Shown here: positions 1 to 11,058 of the stretch, in pieces
Layout: every line of letters starts with the position of its first letter
Position numbering within the stretch: the first letter of the stretch is position 1
NCBI GenBank assembly: GCA_963796125.1
Contig: CAWCKM010000022.1
Coordinates: 7,269 to 71,268, forward strand
From: Nitrospirota bacterium
Lineage (GTDB): Bacteria > Nitrospirota > Thermodesulfovibrionia > Thermodesulfovibrionales > SM23-35
Length of the DNA: 64,000 nucleotides
Direction of reading: 5' to 3'
The notes under the pieces: model-generated
The model's input: the letters and a program-made list of their open reading frames with translations, nothing else
What the model was told of the DNA's origin: nothing
The model's database searches: none
Program-made: the position numbers and the translations under genes

Positions 1-618
1 AATAAATAATGAGCTATTTCATACAGAGGGTGTTAAGGCATTATTGGATGATTATATCTATTTCATAGATGCCTTGATTGCTGCCTATGAGGTTACAGGT
101 GATACATCTTATCTTCAAGTAGCAGATAAGACATATGGAACTCTGTATAGAGAAATTCTGGGACAGCGAAGGAGGATTTTTTGATACGGGTGAGGAAGTA
201 ATAGGGCTGAGGCTCAAAGGGGTAGAAGATATTCCTCATCCTTCAGCAAACTCTTTGGGAGTCATTTTGTTGCTAAAACTTTACCAGATTACCAATAAGG
301 ATTCATATCAAGACTACGCGGAAAAAGCATTAAAGACATTTTCTCTGAGGGCTTATGACATGGGAATTCACGCAGGATATTATTTATGTGCAACGGATGC
401 ATATTTTCATATGCTTCGACTTACTATGGAGTCATTACCTGAAAGCGAGTTAACTGAGAGCGCTCTCTCATTTTCTAGTTCCCTATATGAGTATCATATA
501 TGGAGAGGATAGGGGACGTATTGTTCCGTGCTTTAAAAATGTATGTTATGAACCGATTAAGAGTGCTGATGTCCTGAAGGATTTTTTGATGAATAAATAT
601 CCTGCAATGAAGGCGTAG
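1..618 (+). CDS. Thioredoxin-domain/DUF255 (YyaL-like) protein, C-terminal part; 5-prime end outside window; at least 2 apparent frameshifts (about 130 and 505)
   Basis: The frame is open from base 2 (ALLDDYIYFIDALIAAYEVTGDTSYLQVADKT). It continues in ORF 135-512 (FWDSEGGFFDT...PHPSANSLGVILLLKLY) and then in a third frame to TAG 616-618 (GRIVPCFKNVCYEPIKSADVLKDFL). These blocks are typical of the YyaL C-terminal alpha-toroid domain. Confidence 0.6.
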
Positions 619-821
619 AGAATTCCTACAAATAGGTTATAAGTAAGACCACATTGGTTTTAGATTCCGTCATTGCGGCTACTCCGGCAATCCTCTGTTA
701 TTGCGGCTTGTCTGCGAGTCTTAAGAGAAATTACTCTCTACTAGCCGAAAGGCTCTGCTAGGTAGCAGATTTCCTTTTTGGCAAAGAAGGGAAAAGGGAG
801 ATTTTCCGATATATGCATTCC

Positions 822-1090
822 TTACTGAGGATTTGCAAGGCAGTGATTGTTCATAAGACAAGAGGCATGGCAGAGCCAGTTATAACGCTTATCGACCTGA
901 GACAGTGTGTCAAGAATATCTCGCTCTCTTGTTTTTGAATATGAGTTTCTTTTCGTTTCCTCTGTGGTGATATGGTACACTGCACCAGGGTATTCTATGC
1001 GTAAGGGACGCGCCATGACAGCAACTTTATCATATTCCTATTATAATGAACAAGAAAATAAGACTGACTCTTTATGCCGCCCTTTATGCC
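822..1090 (-). pseudogene. 5-prime remnant of RayT-like/IS200-like Y1 transposase gene with its upstream flank
   Basis: ORF 822-1016 begins MARPLRIEYPGAVYHIT...VDKRYNWLCHA, near-identical to the first 65 codons of the full copy at 1836-2693, and then degenerates. The upstream flank 1017-1085 matches 2694-2755, including a degenerate copy of the flanking repeat. Confidence 0.75.
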
Positions 1091-1247
1091 GATGCGTTGT
1101 TCAGGAAGGAACTGACGCTCAAGCTGTTATAGGTAGGATAACGCTTTCTATGTGTGGATGTGGTCTTTACTATTGGTGATAGCATTATATAGGTGATTAC
1201 ACAATAATTGCAAAATCTTTGAGAACGTATCATATAAAATTCTCATT

Positions 1248-1673
1248 CTATCTTATAAATATCTTTAATCCTACCCTATATATATCTTTCTCAATTTCCC
1301 TTGCACATGTTACAGTCGAAACCATTGTTTTAGAGTCATTAACCTTTATCTCTGGCTCAAAAAACAAAATATCTCCTTTTTTGAGAGGGAAGTCAGTTAT
1401 CATTCCAAGACCTCTTTCGCTGATGTCAACTGTAACACCTTCACAAGTAATGTCCGTTGATTTTTCCAAGTTGTGGTGGTATGGGAAATACCTTATAACC
1501 TGAACAAATGGTCTCCTTGCATATTTACGCTTTTCTTGCCCTTTGTATCGTGATATTACGAGCTTCTCTGCTTCAAGCCAATTATCGAGGTCACGACCTT
1601 CCACCCTTCCACTTTTCTCATAGAGTTCAAATGCTACTTTAGCAATTTCTATGTGTAAATTGATGTCATTCAT
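1248..1673 (-). CDS. DUF2934 N-terminal domain fused to PilZ (c-di-GMP binding) domain protein
   Basis: N-terminal IAKVAFELYEKSGRVEGRDLDNWLEAEK is a DUF2934 signature. It is followed by RRPF...DISERGLGMI...GDILFFE, a PilZ-like RxxxR / D.S.GG pattern. The gene is paralogous to 20619-21426. Confidence 0.7.
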   Translation of the reverse strand: MNDINLHIEIAKVAFELYEKSGRVEGRDLDNWLEAEKLVISRYKGQEKRKYARRPFVQVIRYFPYHHNLEKSTDITCEGVTVDISERGLGMITDFPLKKGDILFFEPEIKVNDSKTMVSTVTCAREIEKDIYRVGLKIFIR

Positions 1674-1814
1674 ACCATTTCTCTTTTATAACTTCATTGT
1701 TGTATCAATTATACAAATAATTATCAAAGACTTATGCATCTTGATGTAAGCTTTTGTTATGTACCAATAACCTACCCATAAATTACTATTTAAAATCTGC
1801 AGTAGGGAGCAGTC

Positions 1815-2749
1815 AAAGGGGTCAGGTCTATTTATTTAGCATTTCCCTCTTTCACGGAGAATCCTGCTTATTGAGGTAAAGTGCATTTCGAGATAGTCGG
1901 CTACCTCTCGCTGTCGATATCCGTGTCGTCGCACTGCTTCCGAAATCTTTCTATTCCTTTTGCTGATATCCTTAAGGATATTTTTTGAAAAGATTTTCTC
2001 AAGGCTCGGCCTGTCTATATATCGCTGACTTTTCGGGAGTTCAGCAATATCCTTTTTCCCTCTGAGGTAATCTGTGAGAGTGGCTGTAAATTCCTCCTCT
2101 CCAAGAATGCTCTGAGCCCTGACTGCTTCCCATATCGATTCTTGCTTTATACCATCTTCTACGAACTTTCGGTATGCTTTCTCGGCAATCCTCCTCGTGG
2201 AGCCGAACTGATTCAGAATCCACTCTGTAGACAGGCATGGATGCGGTTTTTCAATTCCCGCAGTTGCCTGATAGCTACTCCATCTCCATTGCTCAGGTTT
2301 TTTAACTGCTTTTGCCCGAACAGGATTGAGAACCACATACCTGCAGACCTCAAGAAGATGGCTGTCTTTCTGTATAAGAATCCCTTTGTATCTCCCCTGA
2401 AAGAGGTGTCCAACCCGGTTATGCTGCCTGTTGAATGCCTGAGTGTATACACCATTGAGCTGCCTCATGCCGGCCGATAGGTTTCCATCAGGGGTCTCTA
2501 TGATGAGATGGTAGTGATTGTTCATAAGACAATAGGCATGGCAGAGCCAGTTGTAGCGCTTATCGACCTGAGACAGGGTATCAAGAAATATCTCTCGATC
2601 TCTCTCGTCTTTGAATATGAGTTTCTTTTCGTTTCCTCTGCTGGTGATATGGTACACTGCACCAGGGTATTCTATGCGTAAGGGACGCGCCATGACAGCA
2701 ACTTTATCATATTCCTATCATAATGACAAGAAAATAGACCTGACCCTTT
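1815..2749 (-). mobile_element. RayT-like Y1 transposase unit bounded by 18-19 bp inverted repeats (REPtron-like)
   Basis: Left flank 1815-1833 is aaaggggtcaggtctattt. Right flank 2732-2749 is aaatagacctgacccttt, its reverse complement with a 1-nt difference. Together they enclose the 285-aa transposase gene. Confidence 0.6.
1836..2693 (-). CDS. IS200-like/REP-associated (RayT-like) tyrosine transposase with C-terminal DnaA-type HTH
   Basis: HUH motif NNHYHLIIE, plus GHLFQGRYK and YVVLNPVRA blocks typical of Y1_Tnp-family proteins. The C-terminal REVADYLEMHFTSISRIL is HTH-like. The 285-aa ORF is intact. Confidence 0.8.
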   Translation of the reverse strand: MARPLRIEYPGAVYHITSRGNEKKLIFKDERDREIFLDTLSQVDKRYNWLCHAYCLMNNHYHLIIETPDGNLSAGMRQLNGVYTQAFNRQHNRVGHLFQGRYKGILIQKDSHLLEVCRYVVLNPVRAKAVKKPEQWRWSSYQATAGIEKPHPCLSTEWILNQFGSTRRIAEKAYRKFVEDGIKQESIWEAVRAQSILGEEEFTATLTDYLRGKKDIAELPKSQRYIDRPSLEKIFSKNILKDISKRNRKISEAVRRHGYRQREVADYLEMHFTSISRILRERGKC

Positions 2750-2895
2750 ATGCCGCCCCCTGCAGGGCTCTTTTAAAAAAAATGGAAATTTATTTCCGAT
2801 CAGGATCGCTTTTTCTTTTGACAGAGCGGAGCCTTATAAGTGTTAGGCATGGTATCCTCAACTATTATTCACTTCCATGCCAATTACTTTTGTTT

Positions 2896-3954
2896 CTACT
2901 CTTTTATCCATACACCCTCGAAATATCCCGAAAGTCTTTTATGAGCTTGCCATGCTTTATGCTCTTCCCGTACAATATATCCTGAAAGTAATGCATTATA
3001 GTCATCAAAAGTAATCGGATTCTCTACGTGAGTTTTCCCAGTTGTTTGTTTGCCATGTCTTGCCTGTAGAAGATAGATCCATCGAGCATTTCCTTTAATA
3101 TAGTTCAGATAATTCGCAACGACATCTGGTTCCATTTCGCCAAAACTGGCAGCATTCCAAAATATATCAAACTGTAAATCTTTAAGTAAAGGAATCTGCC
3201 AGTTCCCAAAACAATGGACGCGCCCCTTTTTGATGCCTGATAGGTTACCCCATTTAAGTGTTACATCTGTTCCAACAACATTCTCTTCTCCTAATGCCTG
3301 TGAAAGATAACTTTCGCAGAGATAAATCTGAGCTGGTAGGTCAAAGCATAAAACAGTGATATACGGATATAATTTTTTTAAAACCTCAATTTGATAGCCA
3401 GAACCTGATCCAAGCTCAACTACGATTTCGTCTCCTTTGAAAGAGATATGTTTCTGCACAAAACAATAGCGCAGATAGTAACTAAGAAACGCTACTGTAT
3501 ACTTTTTTCCGTTTATCTCAAAAACATCTTGTGGGCAACCAAATGTGGATACCTCAATAGTACTGATCGATTTTGCGTTGCTAAGGTTACCAATTAATTC
3601 GCAGTGATGATAAGCTATTTCTCGAATATCCGATATTTTGATTCCATATGGAAGAATGCTCCTATGTTTGATCAAATAATGGTGGATGAATTTGCGAATT
3701 GCCTTTTTCCAAAAAGGTAAGTTGGGGTGGTATGTATATATGCTATCATTAAATCCAAAAGTGGCAAGTATTGGATATTTTCCGGACCGCAACCGACTTA
3801 GATCTATTGAACAAACTGTATCAAGTATGCGCTTTTCATAAGAATCCCAATAACTTGTCGCGTGAAATTCCTTCGGCGCGTTTCTGTATTCTTGGAGCAG
3901 ATCTTTCAGTTTATCTTTTTTCATTTGGTTACTCCTTATTTGTGTGCCTAACAT
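2896..3954 (-). CDS. Class I SAM-dependent methyltransferase (sugar O-methyltransferase-like)
   Basis: 352-aa ORF with motif I VVELGSGSGYQIEVL. The overall layout resembles putative sugar O-methyltransferases. Confidence 0.6.
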   Translation of the reverse strand: MLGTQIRSNQMKKDKLKDLLQEYRNAPKEFHATSYWDSYEKRILDTVCSIDLSRLRSGKYPILATFGFNDSIYTYHPNLPFWKKAIRKFIHHYLIKHRSILPYGIKISDIREIAYHHCELIGNLSNAKSISTIEVSTFGCPQDVFEINGKKYTVAFLSYYLRYCFVQKHISFKGDEIVVELGSGSGYQIEVLKKLYPYITVLCFDLPAQIYLCESYLSQALGEENVVGTDVTLKWGNLSGIKKGRVHCFGNWQIPLLKDLQFDIFWNAASFGEMEPDVVANYLNYIKGNARWIYLLQARHGKQTTGKTHVENPITFDDYNALLSGYIVREEHKAWQAHKRLSGYFEGVWIKE

Positions 3955-4427
3955 TATTTTTTATGCTTATTCGATATTTCATAAGAAATATAATAACCGT
4001 AGGGACTGATTGTCAATGTTTCAGGGGTCAAATGCTAAATCCATGAGGTCATTATTCAATAAAGTGTGTCTATCAGGAATATTATATTGCAGCAGTATAA
4101 TTCTTTGAAAAATTATCTCTGAGCTGTTGATTACCTTCTATGTAGAATCAACATCATTAGGGCTGTCTTTAGAGATATTGAGGATAGGAAGTACTTCATA
4201 TTGAAGACCTGAAGACGACTACTATATTTGAACGATATTTCTATATTTGATATTTTGTCTCAAATGTGTAATGACGCCTTTTAATCAACTTCGTGTGCGG
4301 CTAAAAACATTGCTTTCTGTAGGGCAGAGAAAAAATGCTGATACGGCTCAGGATCATCAACAGGAGTTGTCTCATATTGTGCATTTGCATAACTGTTCCT
4401 TCTTATCATCCCTTGTTATAAGCTTTT

Positions 4428-5240
4428 TCAGCATAGCACAGGAGGAATGAGTTTATATTGTTCAACAGGAGGCTCCCAGAAAGGCCCTGTTGACTTTCGT
4501 GGCAGAATCTTAAACCTTTTCCTGCGGCTCTTTCCGTTCTTAAGAATGTGGTTTACAGTCTGGCTTGCAAGAGTAGGGCTGTTATTCTCTTTACTCAGAT
4601 GCCCGAGCCAGAACTCAGTTGCCGGATTCGGATGGTTGAGAATTACATTACCTGTTGTCTCATTGGAGAGATGCCCTGACGCAGCAATTCTTCTTTTCAC
4701 AGGGTAGGGATACTTTCCCTGAGAAAGCATGAGATTGTCGTAGTTTGAATCTATGATTACAAGGTTTGCATCTGCAATTTCCGTCATGTGCTTCTCATCG
4801 ATCCTCACGGTATCAAGGAGATAAACAACTTTGTGTTTACGATGGACAATACTGAATCCAACAGGTTCCGCTGCATCATGGTGGACATGAAACGGTTTTA
4901 TTTCTGTTTTTCCTATACCAAACACTTCACCGGTAGTAAATGTCTCACTCCTTATATGGCTGCCTTCTTCGAGATCAAGTCTGTAAAGAGTAGGGGCGTT
5001 AGCATGGATAGTTACCGGGGATCTCTTACTGAAGCTATTGATGCCGGAAGTGTGATCCCAATGCTCATGGGAGATCAATACATGAGAGGGAAGTGAATTG
5101 ACTTTAAAGAATTCCAACTTCCGCATAAGATTTGCAGGAGCTATTCCGAGGTCTATAAGAAAATTCTCCTCACCCGCGATGACGAGAAAGCAATTTCCTT
5201 CAGAGCTGCTGGCAAGAGATATTATCCGAAACTTGGTCAT
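4428..5240 (-). CDS. MBL-fold metallo-hydrolase (YycJ/VicX-like)
   Basis: HxHxDH motif ISHEHWDHTSG. The N-terminal LASSSEGNCFLV...IDLG is typical of YycJ-like beta-lactamase-fold proteins. Confidence 0.8.
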   Translation of the reverse strand: MTKFRIISLASSSEGNCFLVIAGEENFLIDLGIAPANLMRKLEFFKVNSLPSHVLISHEHWDHTSGINSFSKRSPVTIHANAPTLYRLDLEEGSHIRSETFTTGEVFGIGKTEIKPFHVHHDAAEPVGFSIVHRKHKVVYLLDTVRIDEKHMTEIADANLVIIDSNYDNLMLSQGKYPYPVKRRIAASGHLSNETTGNVILNHPNPATEFWLGHLSKENNSPTLASQTVNHILKNGKSRRKRFKILPRKSTGPFWEPPVEQYKLIPPVLC

Positions 5241-5586
5241 TGTTTTTTTTCTTAGAGATTATAGCAGATACGGGTTGATATGCATTCATTTTATTTCTAC
5301 TGTAATCTGATCGGATTCCATCTCTCCAGTCCAAACATCCACAAATCTGAGCACAATTCTGATGCCTTAAAAATAACAAAAGCGAATAAAATCAGAATAA
5401 GTTTTTTCGTATTACCTCAACAAATACAAGTTTTTACTCAAGAGGGGCACGGCATAAGGAAGTCGCTGAAAGAGCTTTTTCATCACGCCTGCTTCACAAA
5501 ATGACATCATATTCTGCAACTGGTGGGATATCTGAGGAAGATACTATGTCAGGAAAAGAAGAATGAGAAGAAGCTAAGCTCTTATA

Positions 5587-6612
5587 CTAATTCATCGCTA
5601 CCTGTTTTATAAGGTCTAACTCACCGAGTAGCTTGCCAACTCCCCGGATAACAGCACCGAGAGGGTCTTCCGACACAATGACGGATATCCCTATTTCATC
5701 TTGTATAAATTGGTCAATGCCTCTGAGAAGGGCGCCGCCACCAGCAAGAATGATCCCTTTGTCCAATATATCGGCTCCGAGTTCAGGAGGGGTGTTTTCA
5801 AGAGTAATTTTAATCGTGTTAAGTATTGCATTAACAGGTTCAGCAAGGGCCTCACGGATTTCTGATTCATGAATCGTTATAGTTTTAGGTATGCCTGAGA
5901 AGAGGTCTCTTCCCTTTATTTCCATCATGCGTCCATTATGTCCCGATTTATATGCGGAGCCTATCTCGATCTTTATGTGTTCTGCAGTTCTATCCCCTAT
6001 CAATAAGTTGTACTTACGTTTGACGAAACCCAAAATAGCTTCATCCATTTTATCGCCACCGATGTTCACGACTTTGCTGAAAACTATCCCGTCTAATGAT
6101 ATGACCGCAATGTCTGTCGTGCCTCCACCGATGTCGACAATCATGTTGCCCGACGGCTCGCCTACCGGGAGTCCTACTCCAATGGCAGCCGCTATTGGTT
6201 CACTAACAAGGTATATCTCCCGTGCCCCGGATGCCTGAGCAGCATCTTTTACAGCCCTTTGTTCGACCTGTGTTATACCTGAAGGTACTCCAATGATTAC
6301 TTTTGGTGCTACAAAACTCCTCCCGTTATGAACCCTCTTTATAAAATACTTGAGCATCGTCTCTGTTGCGTCAAAATCAGCAATAACACCGTCCCTCAGG
6401 GGTCTTATGGCTACCATCTCGATGGGGGTCTTACCTAACATCTTTTTTGCTTCAGTCCCCACTGCTACGATTTTCTTATTGTCCATCCTCATTACAACAA
6501 CAGACGGTTCATTACATATGACGCCTTTCCCTTTTACATAGACAAGGGTGTTTGCCGTCCCCAGGTCTATTGCAAGGTCATTTGAAAACCAACCGAGCAC
6601 ATTACCTAGCAT
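5587..6612 (-). CDS. mreB: Rod shape-determining protein MreB
   Basis: DLGTANTLVYVKGKG, EPSVV, DIGGGTTDIAV and ILAGGGALLRG are actin-fold MreB signatures. The ORF is 341 aa. Confidence 0.95.
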   Translation of the reverse strand: MLGNVLGWFSNDLAIDLGTANTLVYVKGKGVICNEPSVVVMRMDNKKIVAVGTEAKKMLGKTPIEMVAIRPLRDGVIADFDATETMLKYFIKRVHNGRSFVAPKVIIGVPSGITQVEQRAVKDAAQASGAREIYLVSEPIAAAIGVGLPVGEPSGNMIVDIGGGTTDIAVISLDGIVFSKVVNIGGDKMDEAILGFVKRKYNLLIGDRTAEHIKIEIGSAYKSGHNGRMMEIKGRDLFSGIPKTITIHESEIREALAEPVNAILNTIKITLENTPPELGADILDKGIILAGGGALLRGIDQFIQDEIGISVIVSEDPLGAVIRGVGKLLGELDLIKQVAMN

Positions 6613-6786
6613 TAATACCCCCTTGTTACTGTCTTATCATTTAATGTTGCTATTTTTGTTTCCCTTTTTTGCACTTCTAATATCATTTCATTCTGAGCTT
6701 AAGAAATGAGGTGATATAAATCACTTTAACGGAAAACTGATAGGCGGTACGGTTATTTAAGATACAAAACGGAATGAAGACTAATT

Positions 6787-7032
6787 ATGGATTTGTCAGA
6801 AATAATCGATAGCATCCTTACCTCTTTAGTAGATAATCCGCTCGTTACCATTACTATTGCAATATTACTTATCATTATGCTTTTCCGAAAACCGAAAATT
6901 TTCTTTATGATCTTTTTTGTCACCTTGCTTTTAAGTGTGATACTTTATGTGATTTCAATTGTATCTTCTACTGGGGTATCTCAAAAAAAGGAATTGATTC
7001 ATAAATCAACAAAAGATTTACCTAAAGAGTAA
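6787..7032 (+). CDS. Small membrane protein (two predicted TM helices), unknown function
   Basis: 81-aa ORF with hydrophobic stretches VTITIAILLIIMLF and FFMIFFVTLLLSVILYVISIV. No recognisable family. Confidence 0.4.
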   Translation: MDLSEIIDSILTSLVDNPLVTITIAILLIIMLFRKPKIFFMIFFVTLLLSVILYVISIVSSTGVSQKKELIHKSTKDLPKE

Positions 7033-7074
7033 ATCCATAAATTACGATTGATTGGGAAGCCTTAGCTTTTATGC

Positions 7075-7990
7075 TTAATCTCCAGCATGAATTTCCAGAA
7101 GCCTCTTATTAATCTCAATAGCTGCAATTGCACCTTCACCTGCAGCAATCACTACCTGGTCATTGCCGGTATTCAAAGGACCAACGATATAAAGACCCGT
7201 CAGGGATGATTCGTAGTTCTGTTCTTGTAACATACTTAAATCCATGGCTGTCTTTTTTGAGTGACAGTTCTGAGAGGAATTCATCATTGAGTCTGTACCC
7301 AAGGTTCGACATGATAACTTCACATTCAACTTTTCTTCCGTCTTTCATCTCAAGAGCCTCCATTTTTTCCTGTCCGATTATCCTCAAGGGCTCTCCGATC
7401 AACAAGCCTATGTTTTCCTCTCTTAATTCTTCTTCATAACCTGGTAAGGATAAACTGCTGTAAAGTATGATAGTTATATCTTTTGTATACATCTGTTTCA
7501 TGGCAAGCGCAAGACGGAATGTCTTTTCGGAATTGCCAATAATGACAAGCTTTTTGTTTGTAGTCCTGAAGCCATCGCAATCTATACAGGTAAAGAAACT
7601 GATACCGAAAAACTTGTGAAGGTTTTCGATAACCGGAAGATTGTCCATTACGCCTGTGGATACAATGACGAATAGAGAGAAAAAAGTACGGCCGTCTTTG
7701 GTAGATACCTCGAAAAGATTCTCTTTGTTCTTGATGACCTTTGAGACAACTGCCTTCTGATACTCTGCGCCGAAATGCATGACCTGACTGAGGCCTTTTT
7801 CTATAATTTCCCTGCCTGAGATAACTGTATGGGTAAGGAAGTTTTCAATGTGTTTTGCATGCCAGGTTCTGCCTCCGGTCCTGTCAATAATAAGAACACT
7901 CCTGTTATATCGGCAGAGGTAGATAGCTGCCTGAAGTCCTCCGGGACCTGCTCCTATGATAATACAGTCATAGATTTTTTCTTCTATCAA
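7075..7990 (-). CDS. Thioredoxin-reductase-like FAD/NAD(P) oxidoreductase; apparent frameshift near 7240
   Basis: IIIGAGPGGLQAAIY dinucleotide fold and a TrxR-type redox motif CIDCDGF. The C-terminal GLYIVGP...QVVIAAGEGAIAA lies in overlapping ORF 7075-7329. Confidence 0.75.
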
Positions 7991-8112
7991 ATAAGGTCTC
8001 GTAATTCTGTTTTTTCTAAATGCTAGAAATAACGTAGTATATCATCAAAAGTATTAACCTTGAATATTGTTTCTCTTGTAGGATAAACACTTACGGATAA
8101 TATGCTGAAAAT

Positions 8113-8143
8113 CTTACAAAAAAATCAGACTTATACCGATATT
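8113..8143 (+). promoter_or_regulatory. Promoter-like motif YTACAA-N18-GATAYY with conserved spacer AAAAATCAGAC, upstream of gnd operon
   Basis: Sequence cttacaaaaaaatcagacttataccgatatt. It is one of six co-oriented copies in the window and lies about 160 bp upstream of the gnd start. Confidence 0.4.
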
Positions 8144-8303
8144 TTTGCTGTTTCCTGTAGCGTACAGTAATAATGTGAAAAGACCAGGCATTGCTCTGAT
8201 TTTCTTGGGTCTGCAGGTTTTTGAACAGCCTGCCGCTGAAATAGAGGTATAATCTATTCATCAAAAAAATGGCTAAACTTGAAGCAGGGAGAAAAATAAA
8301 ACG

Positions 8304-9219
8304 ATGAAGCTTGGATATATTGGCTTAGGGAAAATGGGATTCAATATGGTGGAGCGGCTTCTGGAAAAAGGGTATGAGGTTGTTGTGTTTGGAAGGAATG
8401 AGAAAGTGGTAAGAGATATCACAGGAGCGCGGGGCAGAGCCAGCCAGTTCAATACAAGTCCTTGTTTCTGCACTTCCGCTGCCACGCCTCATATGGCTTA
8501 TGATCCCCTATCAGGCAGTTGAAGGAGTCCTCAAAGAACTTGTCCCATACCTTGATGAGGGGGATACCATCATCGATGGGGGGAATTCCCCTTTTAAAGA
8601 TTCAATGAAGCGCGCCAGGGAATTGGAAGAAAAAGGCGTGCATTTCCTGGATGTCGGCGTAAGTGGCGGTCCAGGCGGGGCACGGAATGGAGCCTGTATC
8701 ATGGTAGGAGGGAGAAAGGAAATCTATAGAAAATTCAAAAGCCTTTTCCGTGATTTATCAGTTAGAGGAGGGTATGATTATATGGGGAAATCGGGTGCCG
8801 GGCATTTCGTGAAGATGGTCCATAACGGCATTGAATATGGAATGATGCAGGCTATTGCAGAGGGTTTTGCAATAATGAAGGCATCCCCTTTTGATCTGGA
8901 TTTAATGAACGTGGCAGAAATATATAACCATCGGAGTGTCATTGAGTCAAGGCTGGTCGGCTGGCTTAAGAATGCATTTGACGAGTATGGACAAGATTTA
9001 GAAGATGTTTCCGGTTCTGTTGCGCATACTGGCGAGGGGGCATGGACAGTTGAGGTTGCGAAAGAGCTTGGGGTTCCAGCCCGTACTATTGAAGAGGCGC
9101 TTTTATTCAGAATCGAATCACAAAAGAATCCAAGTTATGCAGGGCGGATTCTTTCTGCCTTAAGGAATCAGTTTGGCGGGCATGAGGTTTTTGAGAAAAA
9201 AGACGAAAGATATATATGA
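8304..9219 (+). CDS. gnd: 6-phosphogluconate dehydrogenase (decarboxylating, short Gnd/YqeC type); apparent frameshift at GGGG run near 8432
   Basis: MKLGYIGLGKMGFNMVERLL begins the N-terminal ORF. The second frame continues ASSIQVLVSALPLPRLIWLMIPYQAV...GGNS...GVSGG...GAGHFVKMVHNGIEYG. Confidence 0.85.
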
Positions 9220-11058
9220 TTGACAGAGAAAAAATCGATAAACTGGAACAATTAGCCAAACTGATCCGCTACTACATTCTCGCTTCAACGACAGAAGCCG
9301 GCTCAGGTCATGCCACTTCTTCTCTGTCGGCAACTGAGCTGATGACGGCCCTCTTGTTTGGGGGAATCTTCAGATTTGATATAAACAACACAGGACATCC
9401 TAACAATGATCGCCTTATATTCTCAAAAGGTCATGCCTCTCCGCTTCTCTACTCCTTGTGGGCTTCTGCTGGAAAATTAACTGAAGAGGAACTCATGACC
9501 ATGAGAAAATTTAAGAGTCCTCTGGAAGGACATCCTACTGTAGCGTTTCACTATGTTGAAGCTGCCACAGGGTCTCTCGGACAGGGACTTTCTATTGGGC
9601 TTGGCATGGCATTGAATGCCAGATATCTTGACAAACTCCCCTACAGAACGTATGTCTTACTCGGTGACAGTGAAATGTCTGAAGGCTCTCAGTGGGAGGC
9701 TATCCAGGTTGCTGCACATTATAAATTAGACAATCTCATTGGTGTCCTTGATGTTAATCGCCTTGGCCAGCGCGGAGAAACAATGTATGGTCATAATCTT
9801 GCTGCATATGAGAAAAGAATTTCTTCATTTGGATGGGAAACGATCCTAATTGACGGTCATTCATTTACAGAAATCCTCAATGCCTATGAAAAGGCATTTT
9901 CCGTTTCCGGCAAACCCGTAATGATTATTGCCAAGACAATAAAAGGAAAAGGAGTTACTTTCCTCGAAGACAAAGACGGCTGGCATGGTAAAGCTCTCAA
10001 CAAAGTAGAGTTTGCAATAGCTCTCAAAGAACTTGATACAGTCGATACCTCCCTCAGAGGAGACATAGCAAAACCTGAAGACCTGTGGCCGGGAAAAAAG
10101 ATACCTCAAAATATGAAAGGAGTTTCTTATCAGGCTGACAAAACTGTGTCTACCCGGAAGGCTTACGGCAATGCCTTAGTACGTATCTTTCCACAATTTC
10201 CGGATATGGTTGTTTTAGATGCCGAGGTGAGTAACTCGACGTATGCTGAATTATTTAAGAAGGCATACCCGGACAGATTTTTTGAGATGTTTATTGCGGA
10301 ACAGAATATGGTGGGGACTGCATTAGGTCTCTCCCGCCGGGGAAAAATCCCTTTCATTTCCACCTTCGCAGCATTCTTTACACGGTCATTTGACCACATC
10401 AGGATGGGTCAGTATTCTGATTCTCATATTAAGTTTATCGGTTCACACTCAGGAGTATCTGTCGGCGAAGATGGACCTTCCCAGATGGGTCTTGAAGATA
10501 TTGCCATGTTCAGAACAATTTTAGACAGCGTAGTTCTCTATCCTTCTGATGCAATATCGACTGAAAAATTAGTTGAGAAGGCTGCCGAACACAATGGAAT
10601 GGTATACATACGAACTACCAGAAAAGATACCTCTCTTATCTATAGTCCGGATGAAGAGTTTACCATCGGTGGGAAGTAAGGTATTAAGGAAAAGTGGTAA
10701 AGATCTGATAACTGTTATAGCAGCAGGTATAACGCTCCATGAAGCGCTTATTGCTTATGAAGAACTAAAAAAGGATGGAATTATGGTCCGCTTAATTGAT
10801 CTTTATAGTATCAAACCTATTGATAATGAAACCCTTAAAAAGGCAGCAATTGAGACCAAAGCGATCATCACAGTTGAAGACCATGTTGCCGAAGGCGGTC
10901 TTGGAGAGGCAGTAAAGAGCGCCCTTGCCGATATCGCTATACCTGTGCATTCCCTGTCAGTACGGAGAATTCCAAAAAGTGGAAAACCAGAAGAGCTTCT
11001 TGAGTATGAGGAGATTTCAAAGAATGCAATTATCAAAAAAGTAAAGGAACTTATATGA
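9216..11058 (+). CDS. tkt: Transketolase; apparent 1-nt frameshift near 10672
   Basis: GSGHATSSLSATE, GHPT..., GSLGQGLS and LGDSEMSEGS are TPP-binding motifs. The C-terminal domain continues in ORF 10573-11058 (SKVLRKSG...ITVEDH). The ATGA start overlaps the gnd stop. Confidence 0.9.

Noticed and set aside
5633-6541. Three plus-strand ORFs (79, 115 and 63 aa).
   Set aside because: They are antisense shadows of mreB.
9216-11058. Transketolase as a naturally split two-subunit enzyme.
   Set aside because: Natural splits fall between the N-terminal TPP domain and the Pyr domain, giving halves of about 270-310 aa. Here the break is near residue 487, inside a continuous alignment, with overlapping frames at a short homopolymer. 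A frameshift fits better.
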